A DNA stretch of 64,000 bases from Chitinophagaceae bacterium (GTDB lineage Bacteria > Bacteroidota > Bacteroidia > Chitinophagales > Chitinophagaceae): assembly GCA_031422725.1 (NCBI GenBank), contig JANPMI010000223.1:973-64972 (forward strand), in the 5' to 3' direction. This document shows positions 27,285-36,728 of the stretch, piece after piece (positions within the stretch are counted from its first letter, which is position 1; each line of letters opens with the position of its first letter). The notes under the pieces are model-generated. The model saw only the letters and a program-made list of their open reading frames with translations, was not told the origin of the DNA and did not search any database. A program made the translations under genes and the position numbers.

Positions 27285-28169
27285 TTAATATTTTTTATCG
27301 CTGATAAACTTTTTAACTGCAGGCGATAGCTTCAGTGAGTAGTTCTTGTTTATATTAATGATGGTAAGTTTTTCCAGCCTGGTAATACTCTCAGGCAGGG
27401 TAGTAAGTTTATTTGATTCAAGATATAATTCTGCCAGTTTACCAAGATTGCCGATACTTTCAGGAAGCGACAAGAGTTGGTTTTCGTTTAAATCAAGTAC
27501 AATAAGACTGGTAAGTCTGGTAACACAGTTTGGTAATGTTGTAAAACGGTTATAAGGAAGTGCAAGATATTTAAGATTGACAAGACTACTGATACTTTCA
27601 GGAAGTGAAGTCAGCAGGTTTCCGCCCAACCCGATCTCAGTAAGATTGTTGAGTTTAGAAATACTCTCAGGGATAAAGGAGAGCAGGTTTCCATATAAAT
27701 ATATTTCTGTGAGATTAGCAAGCTTGTCTATAAAATCCGGAACTGTTGTAAGCTTATTGTTGTTAAGATAGAGTTGCTTAAGGTTTATCAATTTTGTAAT
27801 GGTGCCAGGAAGAAAAGAAATGTTATTACTGCTTACATCTAATTCTGTAAGGGTAACCAGTTTGGCTACAATTTCCTCGATCGTATTGAGCCTGTTATTA
27901 CTCAGATTAAGTTCTGTGAGATTCTTTAACTGTGTAAGGCTTTCAGGTATAGAAGTAAGTTTGTTTCCGGCCAGGTCAAGCGTTGTAAGATTGGTAAGCA
28001 GCATAATCTTTTCCGGAACTTCAGTAAGCTTTTTATTATTTAACGACAGGATAAAGACGTCTGATGGATTCTTTAGTGCTTCATCTAAGGAGGAATATAC
28101 TTTGTCTTTTTGTGCATTACTCAGCAACCCCAAAAAGATTAATACAAAGGCGATGGTTATTTTTTTCAT
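27285..28169 (-). CDS. secreted leucine-rich repeat (LRR) protein
   Basis: Signal peptide followed by about 11 tandem 23-aa LRRs (LxxLxxLxLxxNxLxxLPESI). Confidence 0.85.
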   Translation of the reverse strand: MKKITIAFVLIFLGLLSNAQKDKVYSSLDEALKNPSDVFILSLNNKKLTEVPEKIMLLTNLTTLDLAGNKLTSIPESLTQLKNLTELNLSNNRLNTIEEIVAKLVTLTELDVSSNNISFLPGTITKLINLKQLYLNNNKLTTVPDFIDKLANLTEIYLYGNLLSFIPESISKLNNLTEIGLGGNLLTSLPESISSLVNLKYLALPYNRFTTLPNCVTRLTSLIVLDLNENQLLSLPESIGNLGKLAELYLESNKLTTLPESITRLEKLTIININKNYSLKLSPAVKKFISDKKY

Positions 28170-28211
28170 GGGATGAATGTCGGCATTTTTTGGTTTACTA
28201 TTTACCCGGAA

Positions 28212-28244
28212 TAAAAAAGCCTCCGTAAAAACGAAGGCTTTTTA
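28212..28244 (-). terminator. intrinsic terminator of the upstream ncRNA
   Basis: Minus strand reads aaaaaGCCUUCG-uuuuua-CGGAGGCuuuuuu: a 7-bp stem with one G:U, followed by a U-run. Confidence 0.7.
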
Positions 28245-28246
28245 AA

Positions 28247-28430
28247 TGCTGTAGGGGAAGGGATCGAACCTTCACGGGGCAGTTAGCTGTAGCACAAAGT
28301 TCGGTGGTCGACCCCGGTCGTCTCAACATTTCTGCTGGGACGGCTCTATGCTACGTTTATCCTGTTTTCCCCACCCCCGAGACAAGAGGGCATGTCTGCC
28401 ATGCTTTCGCAATTTCATCACCCCACAGTG
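28247..28430 (-). ncRNA. compact tRNA-like / tmRNA-like structured RNA (family unassigned)
   Basis: Minus strand. The 5' GUGGGG (28426-28421) pairs with CCCUAC (28256-28251), including a G:U as the third pair. Canonical T arm GAAGG-UUCGAUC-CCUUC (28273-28257). GNRA hairpin UGC-GAAA-GCA. Helix GGCAG (28400-28396) / CUGCC (28282-28278) sits at the anticodon-stem position and encloses 113 nt. Flanked by a promoter match and a terminator. Confidence 0.6.
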
Positions 28431-28461
28431 TGTGTCTTGTTATTTTAAGAACTTGATAGAA

Positions 28462-28493
28462 CAAATATAGGCTGTTAGAACAATTGATTCCAA
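28462..28493 (-). promoter_or_regulatory. candidate promoter of the ncRNA
   Basis: Minus strand TTG (28493-28491), 21-nt spacer, TATATTTG (28469-28462), matching TAnnTTTG. It lies about 35 nt upstream of the paired 5' end. Confidence 0.4.
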
Positions 28494-28577
28494 AATTTCT
28501 AATAAATATTTTGAAATTATAGAAATTATTCAAATATTTGATAATTATTATAAAAAAATTCTAAAAACGACTCTTAA

Positions 28578-29042
28578 ATGACTGCTAAATTAAATTTTGA
28601 TAAACTGGACCTCCAGATTATTCATAACATGATGGAGAATGCTGAAGTTTCTTATGCCGATCTTGGAAAGAAATTGTTTGTATCCGGCGGTACTATTCAT
28701 GTCCGTATAAAAAAACTACAGGAGGCCGGAGTTGTTAAAGGCACAAGGCTGAAGGCAGACCTGAAACAACTTGGCTATGATGTAATTGCTTTTATTGGTA
28801 TTTATTTAAAAGAAAGTTCTTTGTACGATGCCGTGGCTAAGGACCTGCAAAAAATACCGGAGATTGTGAGACTGAATTATACTACAGGTAACTATAGCAT
28901 GTTCGCCGAGATTGTCTGTAAGGACATAACACAGTTAAGATTTGTACTTCACGACCAGTTACAAAAGATAAAAGGCATTGAACGAACAGAAACGTTTATT
29001 TCGCTGGAAGAAAGTTTTAGCCGTAATGTGAAAGTGATGTAG
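28578..29042 (+). CDS. Lrp/AsnC family transcriptional regulator
   Basis: N-terminal HTH LDLQIIHNMMENAEVSYADLGKKLFVSGGTIHVRIKKL plus a C-terminal RAM-like domain. Confidence 0.85.
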   Translation: MTAKLNFDKLDLQIIHNMMENAEVSYADLGKKLFVSGGTIHVRIKKLQEAGVVKGTRLKADLKQLGYDVIAFIGIYLKESSLYDAVAKDLQKIPEIVRLNYTTGNYSMFAEIVCKDITQLRFVLHDQLQKIKGIERTETFISLEESFSRNVKVM

Positions 29043-29050
29043 AAGAAAAA

Positions 29051-30136
29051 TTAAAGTTTGCCTCTCACATTCAGCGCATCTCTTAATCCATTTCCCAGCA
29101 GATTAAAAGCCAGCACCAATAACATAATTGCAAAGCCCGGAGCTAATGCCAGCATAGGATTTTGAGTGATGATGAAATTATAATTCTCTTTTATCATTAA
29201 TCCCCAGCTTGGTTGTGGCGGCTGCACACCAACACCCAAAAAACTTAATCCTGCTTCAATAACAATAGCTGACGCAAAGTTGCTTGCGGCAATTACTATC
29301 ACCGGCCCCATAATGTTGGGCCATATATGCCGGACAATAATTCTGAAGTTGGAAAATCCTAAAGCTCTTGTTGCTTCTACATATTCCAGTTCCCGTACAC
29401 CTAATACCTGTCCCCTTACTAATCTTGCCACATTCACCCACATGGTTAAACCAACGGCAATAAAGACCTGCCAGAATCCTTTTCCAAGCGCCAGTGTAAT
29501 GGCAAAGACGAGTAATAAAGTGGGAATACTCCAGATGACATTGATAAACCACATAATAATATCATCGGTGCGGCCACGGAAATATCCGGCTAAAGAACCA
29601 AGCACCAGGCCAATGCTGAGTGAAATGATAACCGTAATTAACCCTACACTTAAACTAACCCTGGTTCCCACAACGATACGGCTTAGAATATCACGGCCAT
29701 ACTTATCGGTACCGAGCCTGTAGGTTAACTGGTTAATTGGTTTATCAGGTAAGAAGGCTTTGCTATAGGCTTGTCGCTCTGAAACACCGTCATCTATATA
29801 TTTTTGAATTATAATACTATCGCCTTTTTCTTTATGGCTTACAATGGGTACATAATAGTAAGTATCTTCTTTGCCGGAGATCAATTGTTTTAAAAATCCG
29901 GTGGCACCAACATCTTTATCTTTTTTTACTTTAAGGAAGCTTTGTTTGAAGCCCGGGTTCTCTCCACCGATTTCTAAAATAATACGATTTGCAAAAGGAG
30001 AAGGGTCGGGAGCAATGAAATATGCAAAAATAGCAATCAGTACGGCGATGATAATTACCATCAAACCAACAACAGCGCCTTTGTTTTTTTTCAGTCGCCG
30101 CCATGCTGCTGCCTGGAATGATTGAGATTGACTCAT
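29051..30136 (-). CDS. ABC transporter permease (DppC/OppC-like)
   Basis: Six TM helices and an EAA-like loop YVEATRALGFSNFRIIVRHIWPN. No ATPase or binding-protein gene is adjacent. Confidence 0.85.
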   Translation of the reverse strand: MSQSQSFQAAAWRRLKKNKGAVVGLMVIIIAVLIAIFAYFIAPDPSPFANRIILEIGGENPGFKQSFLKVKKDKDVGATGFLKQLISGKEDTYYYVPIVSHKEKGDSIIIQKYIDDGVSERQAYSKAFLPDKPINQLTYRLGTDKYGRDILSRIVVGTRVSLSVGLITVIISLSIGLVLGSLAGYFRGRTDDIIMWFINVIWSIPTLLLVFAITLALGKGFWQVFIAVGLTMWVNVARLVRGQVLGVRELEYVEATRALGFSNFRIIVRHIWPNIMGPVIVIAASNFASAIVIEAGLSFLGVGVQPPQPSWGLMIKENYNFIITQNPMLALAPGFAIMLLVLAFNLLGNGLRDALNVRGKL

Positions 30137-30149
30137 GCAGGGAAGATAC

Positions 30150-31265
30150 TTATTTTACTTTTCTTCCTTTCCATTCATACTTTCCATACTGCCCAAAAAG
30201 ACCGGAGATGATGGTGTAAATAATATGCAGGGGTTGAAAAAAGAAAAACAACTTAATGGCCCATTCTTTATTAAAGAAGTTGCACAGGGATATGAAAAAA
30301 GGAAATTCGATTATTGTTTTTGCTATCCATAAACCAATAAGAAAAATCCAGTATTGCGGCCACCAGCAGCCTGCCACCAGCAATAGCAGAAAGGATAAAT
30401 TATACAGGTAAACCAGCAGCAATACAGCGAAAATTCTTTTATCATCATAATTTGTTGCCTTACTGGCCCAGCGGATACGTTGATTGAAAAAAGCTTTCCA
30501 TGTTTTAATTGGCTGGGTAGAGACAATGGCATCTTTCGATTTTAAATACTGAACCCTGTCAGGGTATTGTTTCCATATTTTATGCATCAGCAGCATATCA
30601 TCACCCGAGGCGATGTGATCAATTCCGGCAAAACCGTTTACTACGGTAAAGGCTTTTTTTTCATAGGCAAGGTTGGCGCCGTTGCACATAGATAGCTTCC
30701 TTTTCGACACTGCTGCACCGGTAATTCCCTGCAATACCATAAAGTCCATGGCCTGAAACATTTGTACCAAAGATGAATTGCAATTAATTTTAACGGGTGC
30801 TGTAATGAATACTGATTGCTTTTCTTCTTTAAAAGCGGCAATTATTTGTAACCAACCCGGCATTGGTAAGCAATCAGCATCTGTTGTTACAATCAATTCA
30901 CCGGTAGCAGCAGCAATGCCTGTTTCAATAGCTTTCTTTTTATAAGAATTAATATTATTTTCTTTCAGGTGTATTAGTTTCACAGCCGGAAATTGGTGCA
31001 CTACCTCTGCTGTACCGTCTGTCGAATGGTCGTCCACTACAATTACTTCAAATAATTCTTTCGGATATGTTTGATTTTGTAATTCCTGCAATAGCTGACC
31101 AATATTCTCTTCTTCATTTCTGGCCGGAATGATAATACTGATTTTTGTTTTTGGAGATAAAACAGAAGGAACGTATTCCGGGATTGATTTCCAGGCAAGC
31201 CAGTAATAAATAATCAACAGGCCGTAGCAAACAAATAGTGGTATGATGATATATAGAAGAATCAT
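30150..31265 (-). CDS. membrane-anchored family 2 glycosyltransferase
   Basis: IIIPARNEEENI, VVDDHSTDGT, TDADC, QRIRWA. The ATG at 31265 is preferred over the TTG at 31277. Confidence 0.8.
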   Translation of the reverse strand: MILLYIIIPLFVCYGLLIIYYWLAWKSIPEYVPSVLSPKTKISIIIPARNEEENIGQLLQELQNQTYPKELFEVIVVDDHSTDGTAEVVHQFPAVKLIHLKENNINSYKKKAIETGIAAATGELIVTTDADCLPMPGWLQIIAAFKEEKQSVFITAPVKINCNSSLVQMFQAMDFMVLQGITGAAVSKRKLSMCNGANLAYEKKAFTVVNGFAGIDHIASGDDMLLMHKIWKQYPDRVQYLKSKDAIVSTQPIKTWKAFFNQRIRWASKATNYDDKRIFAVLLLVYLYNLSFLLLLVAGCWWPQYWIFLIGLWIAKTIIEFPFFISLCNFFNKEWAIKLFFFFQPLHIIYTIISGLFGQYGKYEWKGRKVK

Positions 31266-31285
31266 GCAGTTGAACAAAGCTAATA

Positions 31286-32113
31286 TCAGTGCAGCAAAGC
31301 AGGGAGAATTTCTTCTACATGTTTTTCATGGAGTACCTGGTGGCCGGAATGAATAACAGTAAGTGTGCAATACTCTTCAATACCCGTTCTGAATTTTTCA
31401 CCAACGGAAGAAAGAATGATGCGGTCATGTTTGCCGTACAATAAACGAACCGGTGTTTTATTTTCTCTAATGAGATTTTTAACCTTCTTTAAATTGGGTT
31501 TCAATTTTCGTAAGGTCGTCCAACGGGTGTATAATAACTGTCTCACTTCCGAATCGCCAATATAATAATTGACGAATTTGAAAATACTGGCATTAACCAT
31601 TTTTATTTTATTCAACAGCTTTAAAAAACCGAAGAACCAACCGGGCTTCTTCATGGTAAAGGCAAAAAATTTATTACCCAATTGTGTGTGGGCAGCCAGC
31701 CAATACCAGAAATTTACTTTCAATCCATCAGGCGCCAGCAAAACTATCTTTTCAATTTTTTCAGGTATGGCCTGGTAAAGGCTTAGGGCAATGCGGCCAC
31801 CGAGGCTGAAACCGAGAAGGGTGAATTTATAGTCTATAGTTTGTAGTTTATGACTGTTTTGCTGCAAAATTCCCTCTAAAATCTGCCACAGGTCTTCATG
31901 GGTAAAAATAAGTCCATCATTCCACTCCGTCTTGCCATGAAAGGGAAGGTCTATTGAAAAGAAAGTATATTGATTACCAGCATATTTGTCCAGGAATATG
32001 AACATACTGGCATCCTCTCCATATCCATGAAAACAGATGGCCACCTTCGGGCCAGAACCAAAAAGATAATAGCTGATAGTAGAATTTCTATAAGTAAGCA
32101 GGCGGAACTCCAT
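31286..32113 (-). CDS. alpha/beta hydrolase
   Basis: Nucleophile elbow GFSLGG and HG oxyanion motif FHGYGED. The ATG at 32113 is preferred over the TTG at 32131. Confidence 0.75.
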   Translation of the reverse strand: MEFRLLTYRNSTISYYLFGSGPKVAICFHGYGEDASMFIFLDKYAGNQYTFFSIDLPFHGKTEWNDGLIFTHEDLWQILEGILQQNSHKLQTIDYKFTLLGFSLGGRIALSLYQAIPEKIEKIVLLAPDGLKVNFWYWLAAHTQLGNKFFAFTMKKPGWFFGFLKLLNKIKMVNASIFKFVNYYIGDSEVRQLLYTRWTTLRKLKPNLKKVKNLIRENKTPVRLLYGKHDRIILSSVGEKFRTGIEEYCTLTVIHSGHQVLHEKHVEEILPALLH

Positions 32114-32151
32114 AGGCGTAAAAGGGAACAAGGATTTTACAGAAAATTAAG

Positions 32152-32186
32152 TTGACTATTTCAAATATAATATTAATTTTGAATAG
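32152..32186 (+). promoter_or_regulatory. marR promoter with an overlapping imperfect inverted repeat (candidate operator)
   Basis: TTG (32152-32154), 19-nt spacer, TAATTTTG (32174-32181). Inverted repeat ctatttcaaat (32156-32166) / attttgaatag (32176-32186). Confidence 0.45.
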
Positions 32187-32202
32187 TTGCACAAACAACT
32201 AT

Positions 32203-32643
32203 ATGCCAAACAACCAATTTAAGAAAGGAGAACTTTATAGTTTTGTTACCGGCAAAGCTTCTACTGCCATCGCCAGGCGTTTGCAGAAGAAATTCAACAC
32301 TGCCGGGCTTAATCTCACTATTGAACAATGGAGTGTCCTTTATCATTTATGGAAACAGGAGGGGATCAGCCAGCAGGAATTATGCAATGCCACTTTTCGT
32401 GACAAACCCAGCATTACCCGGCTGGTAGATAATCTTGAAAAATTAAATTTGGTTAAACGTGTCGCTTCGGAAAATGACAGGAGGATTAATTTGATTTACC
32501 TGACAAAGCAGGCCCAGAAATTACAGGAAGAAAGTATGCTGCTGGCAGAGACAACGCTGAATGAAGCATTAGAAACAGTGCCTGCTGATAAAATAGATGT
32601 TTGTAAAGAAGTATTGCAGATTGTGTATGATAATTTGAAATAA
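32203..32643 (+). CDS. MarR family transcriptional regulator
   Basis: Winged-helix segment LTIEQWSVLYHLWKQEGISQQELCNATFRDKPSITRLVDNLEKLNLVKRVASENDRR. The ATG at 32203 follows the promoter match. Confidence 0.8.
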   Translation: MPNNQFKKGELYSFVTGKASTAIARRLQKKFNTAGLNLTIEQWSVLYHLWKQEGISQQELCNATFRDKPSITRLVDNLEKLNLVKRVASENDRRINLIYLTKQAQKLQEESMLLAETTLNEALETVPADKIDVCKEVLQIVYDNLK

Positions 32644-32747
32644 AACCCCTGTTTCCTAAAGGGAGACTTAGGTGAATGAGTTTTTATGTTTTGATAAGTT
32701 CTTTGTCCCGGACAGGCAAAAAAAAATAAAAATTAAATCTTAATACA

Positions 32748-34556
32748 ATGAGTACTGCAACAGAAACAAAAAAAGTCCCGATAGCTATCGGGATGAAAGG
32801 TGGCGAATGGCTGGTGAAAGAGTCTTCTTCATTTGAAACTTTTATTCCTGAAGAATTTAATGAAGAACAGTTGATGATACGGGATATGTGCAACCAGTTC
32901 CTGACGGCGGAAGTATATCCCAATCTTGACCGCATCGATAATCTGGAGCCGGGATTGATGAAATCATTGATGACAAAAGCAGGCGAGCAGGGATTGCTGG
33001 CCACTTCTTTTCCGGAAGAGTATGGGGGACTTGGTAAAGATTTTGTTACCTCCACTATTATTAATGAATACCTCGGGGCAGGCCATTCATTTTCGGTGGC
33101 TGTTGCTGCACATACCGGTATCGGCACGTTACCGATTTTATATTTTGGTACACCGGCGCAAAAAGAAAAGTACATCCCAAAACTTATCAGCGGCGAATGG
33201 GCAGGTGCCTATGGATTAACAGAACCCAACAGCGGCAGCGATGCGTTGAGTGCAAAAACTACAGCAAAGCTGAGTGATGATGGCAAGCATTATGTATTGA
33301 ACGGACAAAAATGCTGGATTACCAACGGCGGATTTGCACAGGTATATACTGTATTTGCAAAAATAGATGGGGACAAATTCACTGGTTTTATTGTAGAAAG
33401 AGGAACAGAGGGATTTACACAAGGTCCGGAAGAACATAAGATGGGCATCAAAGGTTCTTCTACCGTGCAATTGTATTTCCAGGATTGTAAAGTGCCGGTG
33501 GAAAACCTGCTGGGTGAAATTGGTAAAGGACATAAGATTGCTTTCAACATTCTTAATATTGGCCGCTTGAAATTATGTGCAGCAACTATTGGCGGCGCAA
33601 GAAGTGCCACCACGGATAGTGTTGTGTATGCAAAAACAAGAGAGCAATTTAAGCAACCGATTGCCAATTTCGGCGCAATTAAACACAAGCTGGCTGAAAT
33701 GGCCATCCGGATTTTTGTTGGCGAATCAGCGTTATACCGTACAGCAAAATGGGTGGATGATAAAGAGCATGAATTACTTTCTTCCGGCAAACCGGAGAAC
33801 GAATCGTTATTAGGCGGTGCTGAAGAGTATGCTATTGAATGTGCCATGCTGAAAGTATATGGAAGTGAAGTATTGGATTTTGTGGTGGATGAGGGGGTCC
33901 AGATTCATGGTGGTAATGGTTTCAGCGCCGAGTATAATATTTCAAGAGCTTACCGTGACAGCCGTATCAATAGAATTTATGAAGGCACTAATGAAATTAA
34001 CCGTTTGCTTACCCTGGATATGACATTAAAAAGAGCAATGGGCGGAAGATTAGATATGATGGGCCCGGCAATGGCAGTGCAAAAAGAACTGATGAGTATT
34101 CCTGATTTTGGTGCAGAAGATGAGGCAGCATTTGCCAAAGAGAGAAAATTGGTGGCCAATCTGAAAAAAGCAATTTTGATGGTATCCGGTGCTGCTGTGC
34201 AGAAATTAATGATGAAGATTGATACAGAGCAGGAAGTGCTGATGAATATTGCTGATATGGCCATTGAAACATTCAATGCCGAAAGTGTGTTACTGAGAGT
34301 AATGAAGATGGTGGATCAACGGGGAGAAACGGCTTCTCAGCTTCATCTTGACATTATGCGGACATACCTCTACGATGCTGCAGACAAAGTAAATAAATCA
34401 GGCAAAGATGCTGTTAATGCATTTGCTGACGGCGATGAGCAGCGGATGATACTGATGGGTTTGAAAAGGTTTACCAAAGCCGAGCCCTTCAACAGTAAAG
34501 AGGCGAGAAGAAGGATTGCTGATAAAATGATTGCAGAAGGGAGGTATTGCTTTTAA
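32748..34556 (+). CDS. long-form acyl-CoA dehydrogenase
   Basis: GAYGLTEPNSGSDA, KCWITNGG, QIHGGNGF, YEGTNEI, plus an approximately 200-aa C-terminal extension. Confidence 0.9.
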   Translation: MSTATETKKVPIAIGMKGGEWLVKESSSFETFIPEEFNEEQLMIRDMCNQFLTAEVYPNLDRIDNLEPGLMKSLMTKAGEQGLLATSFPEEYGGLGKDFVTSTIINEYLGAGHSFSVAVAAHTGIGTLPILYFGTPAQKEKYIPKLISGEWAGAYGLTEPNSGSDALSAKTTAKLSDDGKHYVLNGQKCWITNGGFAQVYTVFAKIDGDKFTGFIVERGTEGFTQGPEEHKMGIKGSSTVQLYFQDCKVPVENLLGEIGKGHKIAFNILNIGRLKLCAATIGGARSATTDSVVYAKTREQFKQPIANFGAIKHKLAEMAIRIFVGESALYRTAKWVDDKEHELLSSGKPENESLLGGAEEYAIECAMLKVYGSEVLDFVVDEGVQIHGGNGFSAEYNISRAYRDSRINRIYEGTNEINRLLTLDMTLKRAMGGRLDMMGPAMAVQKELMSIPDFGAEDEAAFAKERKLVANLKKAILMVSGAAVQKLMMKIDTEQEVLMNIADMAIETFNAESVLLRVMKMVDQRGETASQLHLDIMRTYLYDAADKVNKSGKDAVNAFADGDEQRMILMGLKRFTKAEPFNSKEARRRIADKMIAEGRYCF

Positions 34557-35305
34557 TTCCACTGTTCCCTGTCAAAGTCTAACATGGCTGCTCTTCCCGG
34601 GGCAGCCGTTTTTGTATTCTTATAAATAGCTGACAGTTCTTTACGGGTTGTTTTAAACTCAATTAACATCTGCACTCTTTTTCTTTCAATCATAATTCCT
34701 GCACACATTAACAGCGAAGAAAAAGTTACTACCAGGAAATATACAAGGAATGTATCAGCTATATATGGCGTTTTGAATATATAATACATTAAGTATATAA
34801 TTGTATAACATCCATAAGCGAAAAGCAGTGCTGCAACAATTAATGCTTTACCGGTAGCTTTCCGGTGCATGATAGCAATCTTGGTCTGGCGGATAAAAAG
34901 AGAAAGACACAATCCAAATACGATTAACAGCCCCGGCCCAAGTATAATGGTCAATGCATCAACATTCATTCCCAGTATCAATATTACTGTCGCTTCAAAC
35001 AATACAAAGCCCAGTATTGTTATTTTCATCCGGCGGGTAAAGGCAGGAGAGGTACTGTAATAAGTAAGAAAAAAAAGCATTAATGGAACATCAAGCAGGT
35101 TATTAGATAATCCCCAGTAATGAACCACCTCATTGTTTGCAGTGATATAGCCTTCTGTCATCAGGTTATATATGAAAACAGAAATGTAATAGATCAGCAA
35201 GGCGGGAAAACTTTTGTACCCGCCCAGTCGCAGGATGAGGATGAAAAAAATTGGTAAAAAAAGGGCAAACGAAGAAACAAAGCCCATTACAGAATTCCAG
35301 GTCAT
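34553..35305 (-). CDS. polytopic membrane protein of unknown function
   Basis: 250 aa, about 7 hydrophobic helices, short basic cytoplasmic tail. The stop overlaps the convergent acyl-CoA dehydrogenase stop by 4 nt. Confidence 0.5.
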   Translation of the reverse strand: MTWNSVMGFVSSFALFLPIFFILILRLGGYKSFPALLIYYISVFIYNLMTEGYITANNEVVHYWGLSNNLLDVPLMLFFLTYYSTSPAFTRRMKITILGFVLFEATVILILGMNVDALTIILGPGLLIVFGLCLSLFIRQTKIAIMHRKATGKALIVAALLFAYGCYTIIYLMYYIFKTPYIADTFLVYFLVVTFSSLLMCAGIMIERKRVQMLIEFKTTRKELSAIYKNTKTAAPGRAAMLDFDREQWN

Positions 35306-35500
35306 ATTCTATTGGTTTTTCAAAGGATAAAAATTCAGGCAGATAACACCCCGGTAGCGTTACCGGCTGCAATATTAACGGGAGTTATATGTGCATAGTG
35401 CTTTGTTATAGGAGTTTATACTAAAATTCAGTAAAAGCGAAATAGTATTTCGTAATTCTACTGTTAATGCCATCGAGTGTTTTTATGCTAACTTGCTGTG

Positions 35501-36679
35501 ATGATACGATTGCCCTTTTTTATAAGCCTGCTATGCTGTTTTTCGGTCTCGGCCCAGGTAAGAACAAATAATTTTATTATAGGCAAAACAACAGGCTCAT
35601 TACCTTATCTCGAGTATGGATTAGGCGCAGACCGGCTGGGGGGAGCCAAAATGACTTATTTAGATACAAACATTGTTGTAAAGGTAATTGACAGCAACAT
35701 TGGTAATTATAAAATACAATTGTCTAAAGACCATTTTGCCTATTTACCCAAAACAAATTTCAGGAAAGACAGCACCATAAAAATTCAACCTTACTATTTA
35801 ACCAACAGCTGGATGGTAACGGGTGATTCGGCCAGTGATTACCTGATAGTAAACCTGGAAGAAAATCTTCCTTACAAAAGTATGCAGCAAATCAATCCTT
35901 CTAAAATTGTGATTGATGTATTTGGAGCAACAAGCAATACCAATTGGATAACACAACGGTCTGCCGCAAAAGAAATTACCAATGTTTATCATGAACAGAT
36001 TGAAGATGATGTGTTTCGTATCATTATCGAATTAAAACATCAGCAACACTGGGGCTACAGCATTTATTATAAAGATAAGCGGCTGATGGTAAAAGTAAAG
36101 CGTCAACCAGAAGACCTTAGCCTGGATAATATGAAAGTGGCAGTGGATGCGGGCCACGGCGGTGATAATAACGGTGCTTCGGGAGTAAAAACAGGTATCG
36201 CTGAAAAAAAATATACGCTGCTCATCGCACAGCAACTGGAAGAAGCATTACTGGACAAAGAGGCTACTGTGTTTATGACAAGAACAAAAGACACAGCTAT
36301 CGGGATGGTGGAAAGAACAGAGATGATAAAAAAAGAAGACCCGCATTTTCTTATCAGCATTCACCTTAATTCATCAGTTAAAGATAGTGTGAGAGGCGTA
36401 AGTACTTATTACAGGTACATTGGTTTCCGGCCATTAACACAATACATTCAGCAAAGTATGCTGAAAATTGGTTTGAAAGATTTTGGAAACATTGGCAGCT
36501 TCAACTTTGCCCTCAGTGGCCCCACTGAGTATCCCAATTGTTTGGTGGAAGTAGCTTTTCTCAGCAATAAAGAAGACGAACAGTTAATACTTAACCCCGG
36601 ATTTCATAAAGCTGTAGCCACCCAAATTGTGGAAGGCATAAAAGAATGGCTGAAGGCTTGCAAAAAAGATGATGACTAA
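35501..36679 (+). CDS. N-acetylmuramoyl-L-alanine amidase (Amidase_3)
   Basis: Signal peptide, then catalytic-domain motifs VDAGHGGDNNGASG, ISIHLNS, LVEVAFLSNKEDE. Confidence 0.85.
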   Translation: MIRLPFFISLLCCFSVSAQVRTNNFIIGKTTGSLPYLEYGLGADRLGGAKMTYLDTNIVVKVIDSNIGNYKIQLSKDHFAYLPKTNFRKDSTIKIQPYYLTNSWMVTGDSASDYLIVNLEENLPYKSMQQINPSKIVIDVFGATSNTNWITQRSAAKEITNVYHEQIEDDVFRIIIELKHQQHWGYSIYYKDKRLMVKVKRQPEDLSLDNMKVAVDAGHGGDNNGASGVKTGIAEKKYTLLIAQQLEEALLDKEATVFMTRTKDTAIGMVERTEMIKKEDPHFLISIHLNSSVKDSVRGVSTYYRYIGFRPLTQYIQQSMLKIGLKDFGNIGSFNFALSGPTEYPNCLVEVAFLSNKEDEQLILNPGFHKAVATQIVEGIKEWLKACKKDDD

Positions 36680-36728
36680 TCTCCCTTCGCTGATTTTTAT
36701 TTTTTATAGAGACTGAAGTTACAGAGGG

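Noticed and set aside
27346-28176. Three plus-strand ORFs (69, 64 and 125 aa) antisense to the LRR gene
   Set aside because: They mirror the 69-nt LRR periodicity (Leu/Ser-rich translations) and lie entirely inside a well-supported gene, so they are antisense artefacts.
28247-28430. Ordinary tRNA, RNase P RNA or SRP RNA as an explanation for the structured RNA
   Set aside because: It is too long for a tRNA and has no 7-nt anticodon loop. It lacks the RNase P GGAAAGUCC-type core and the SRP domain IV GGAA/AGCA motif pattern. Full-size tmRNA is also excluded by length, so it is reported only as tmRNA-like.
32152-32202. TTG start at 32152 for the MarR gene
   Set aside because: That TTG is the -33 element of a near-consensus promoter (TTG-N19-TAATTTTG), so the ATG at 32203 downstream of it is the plausible start.
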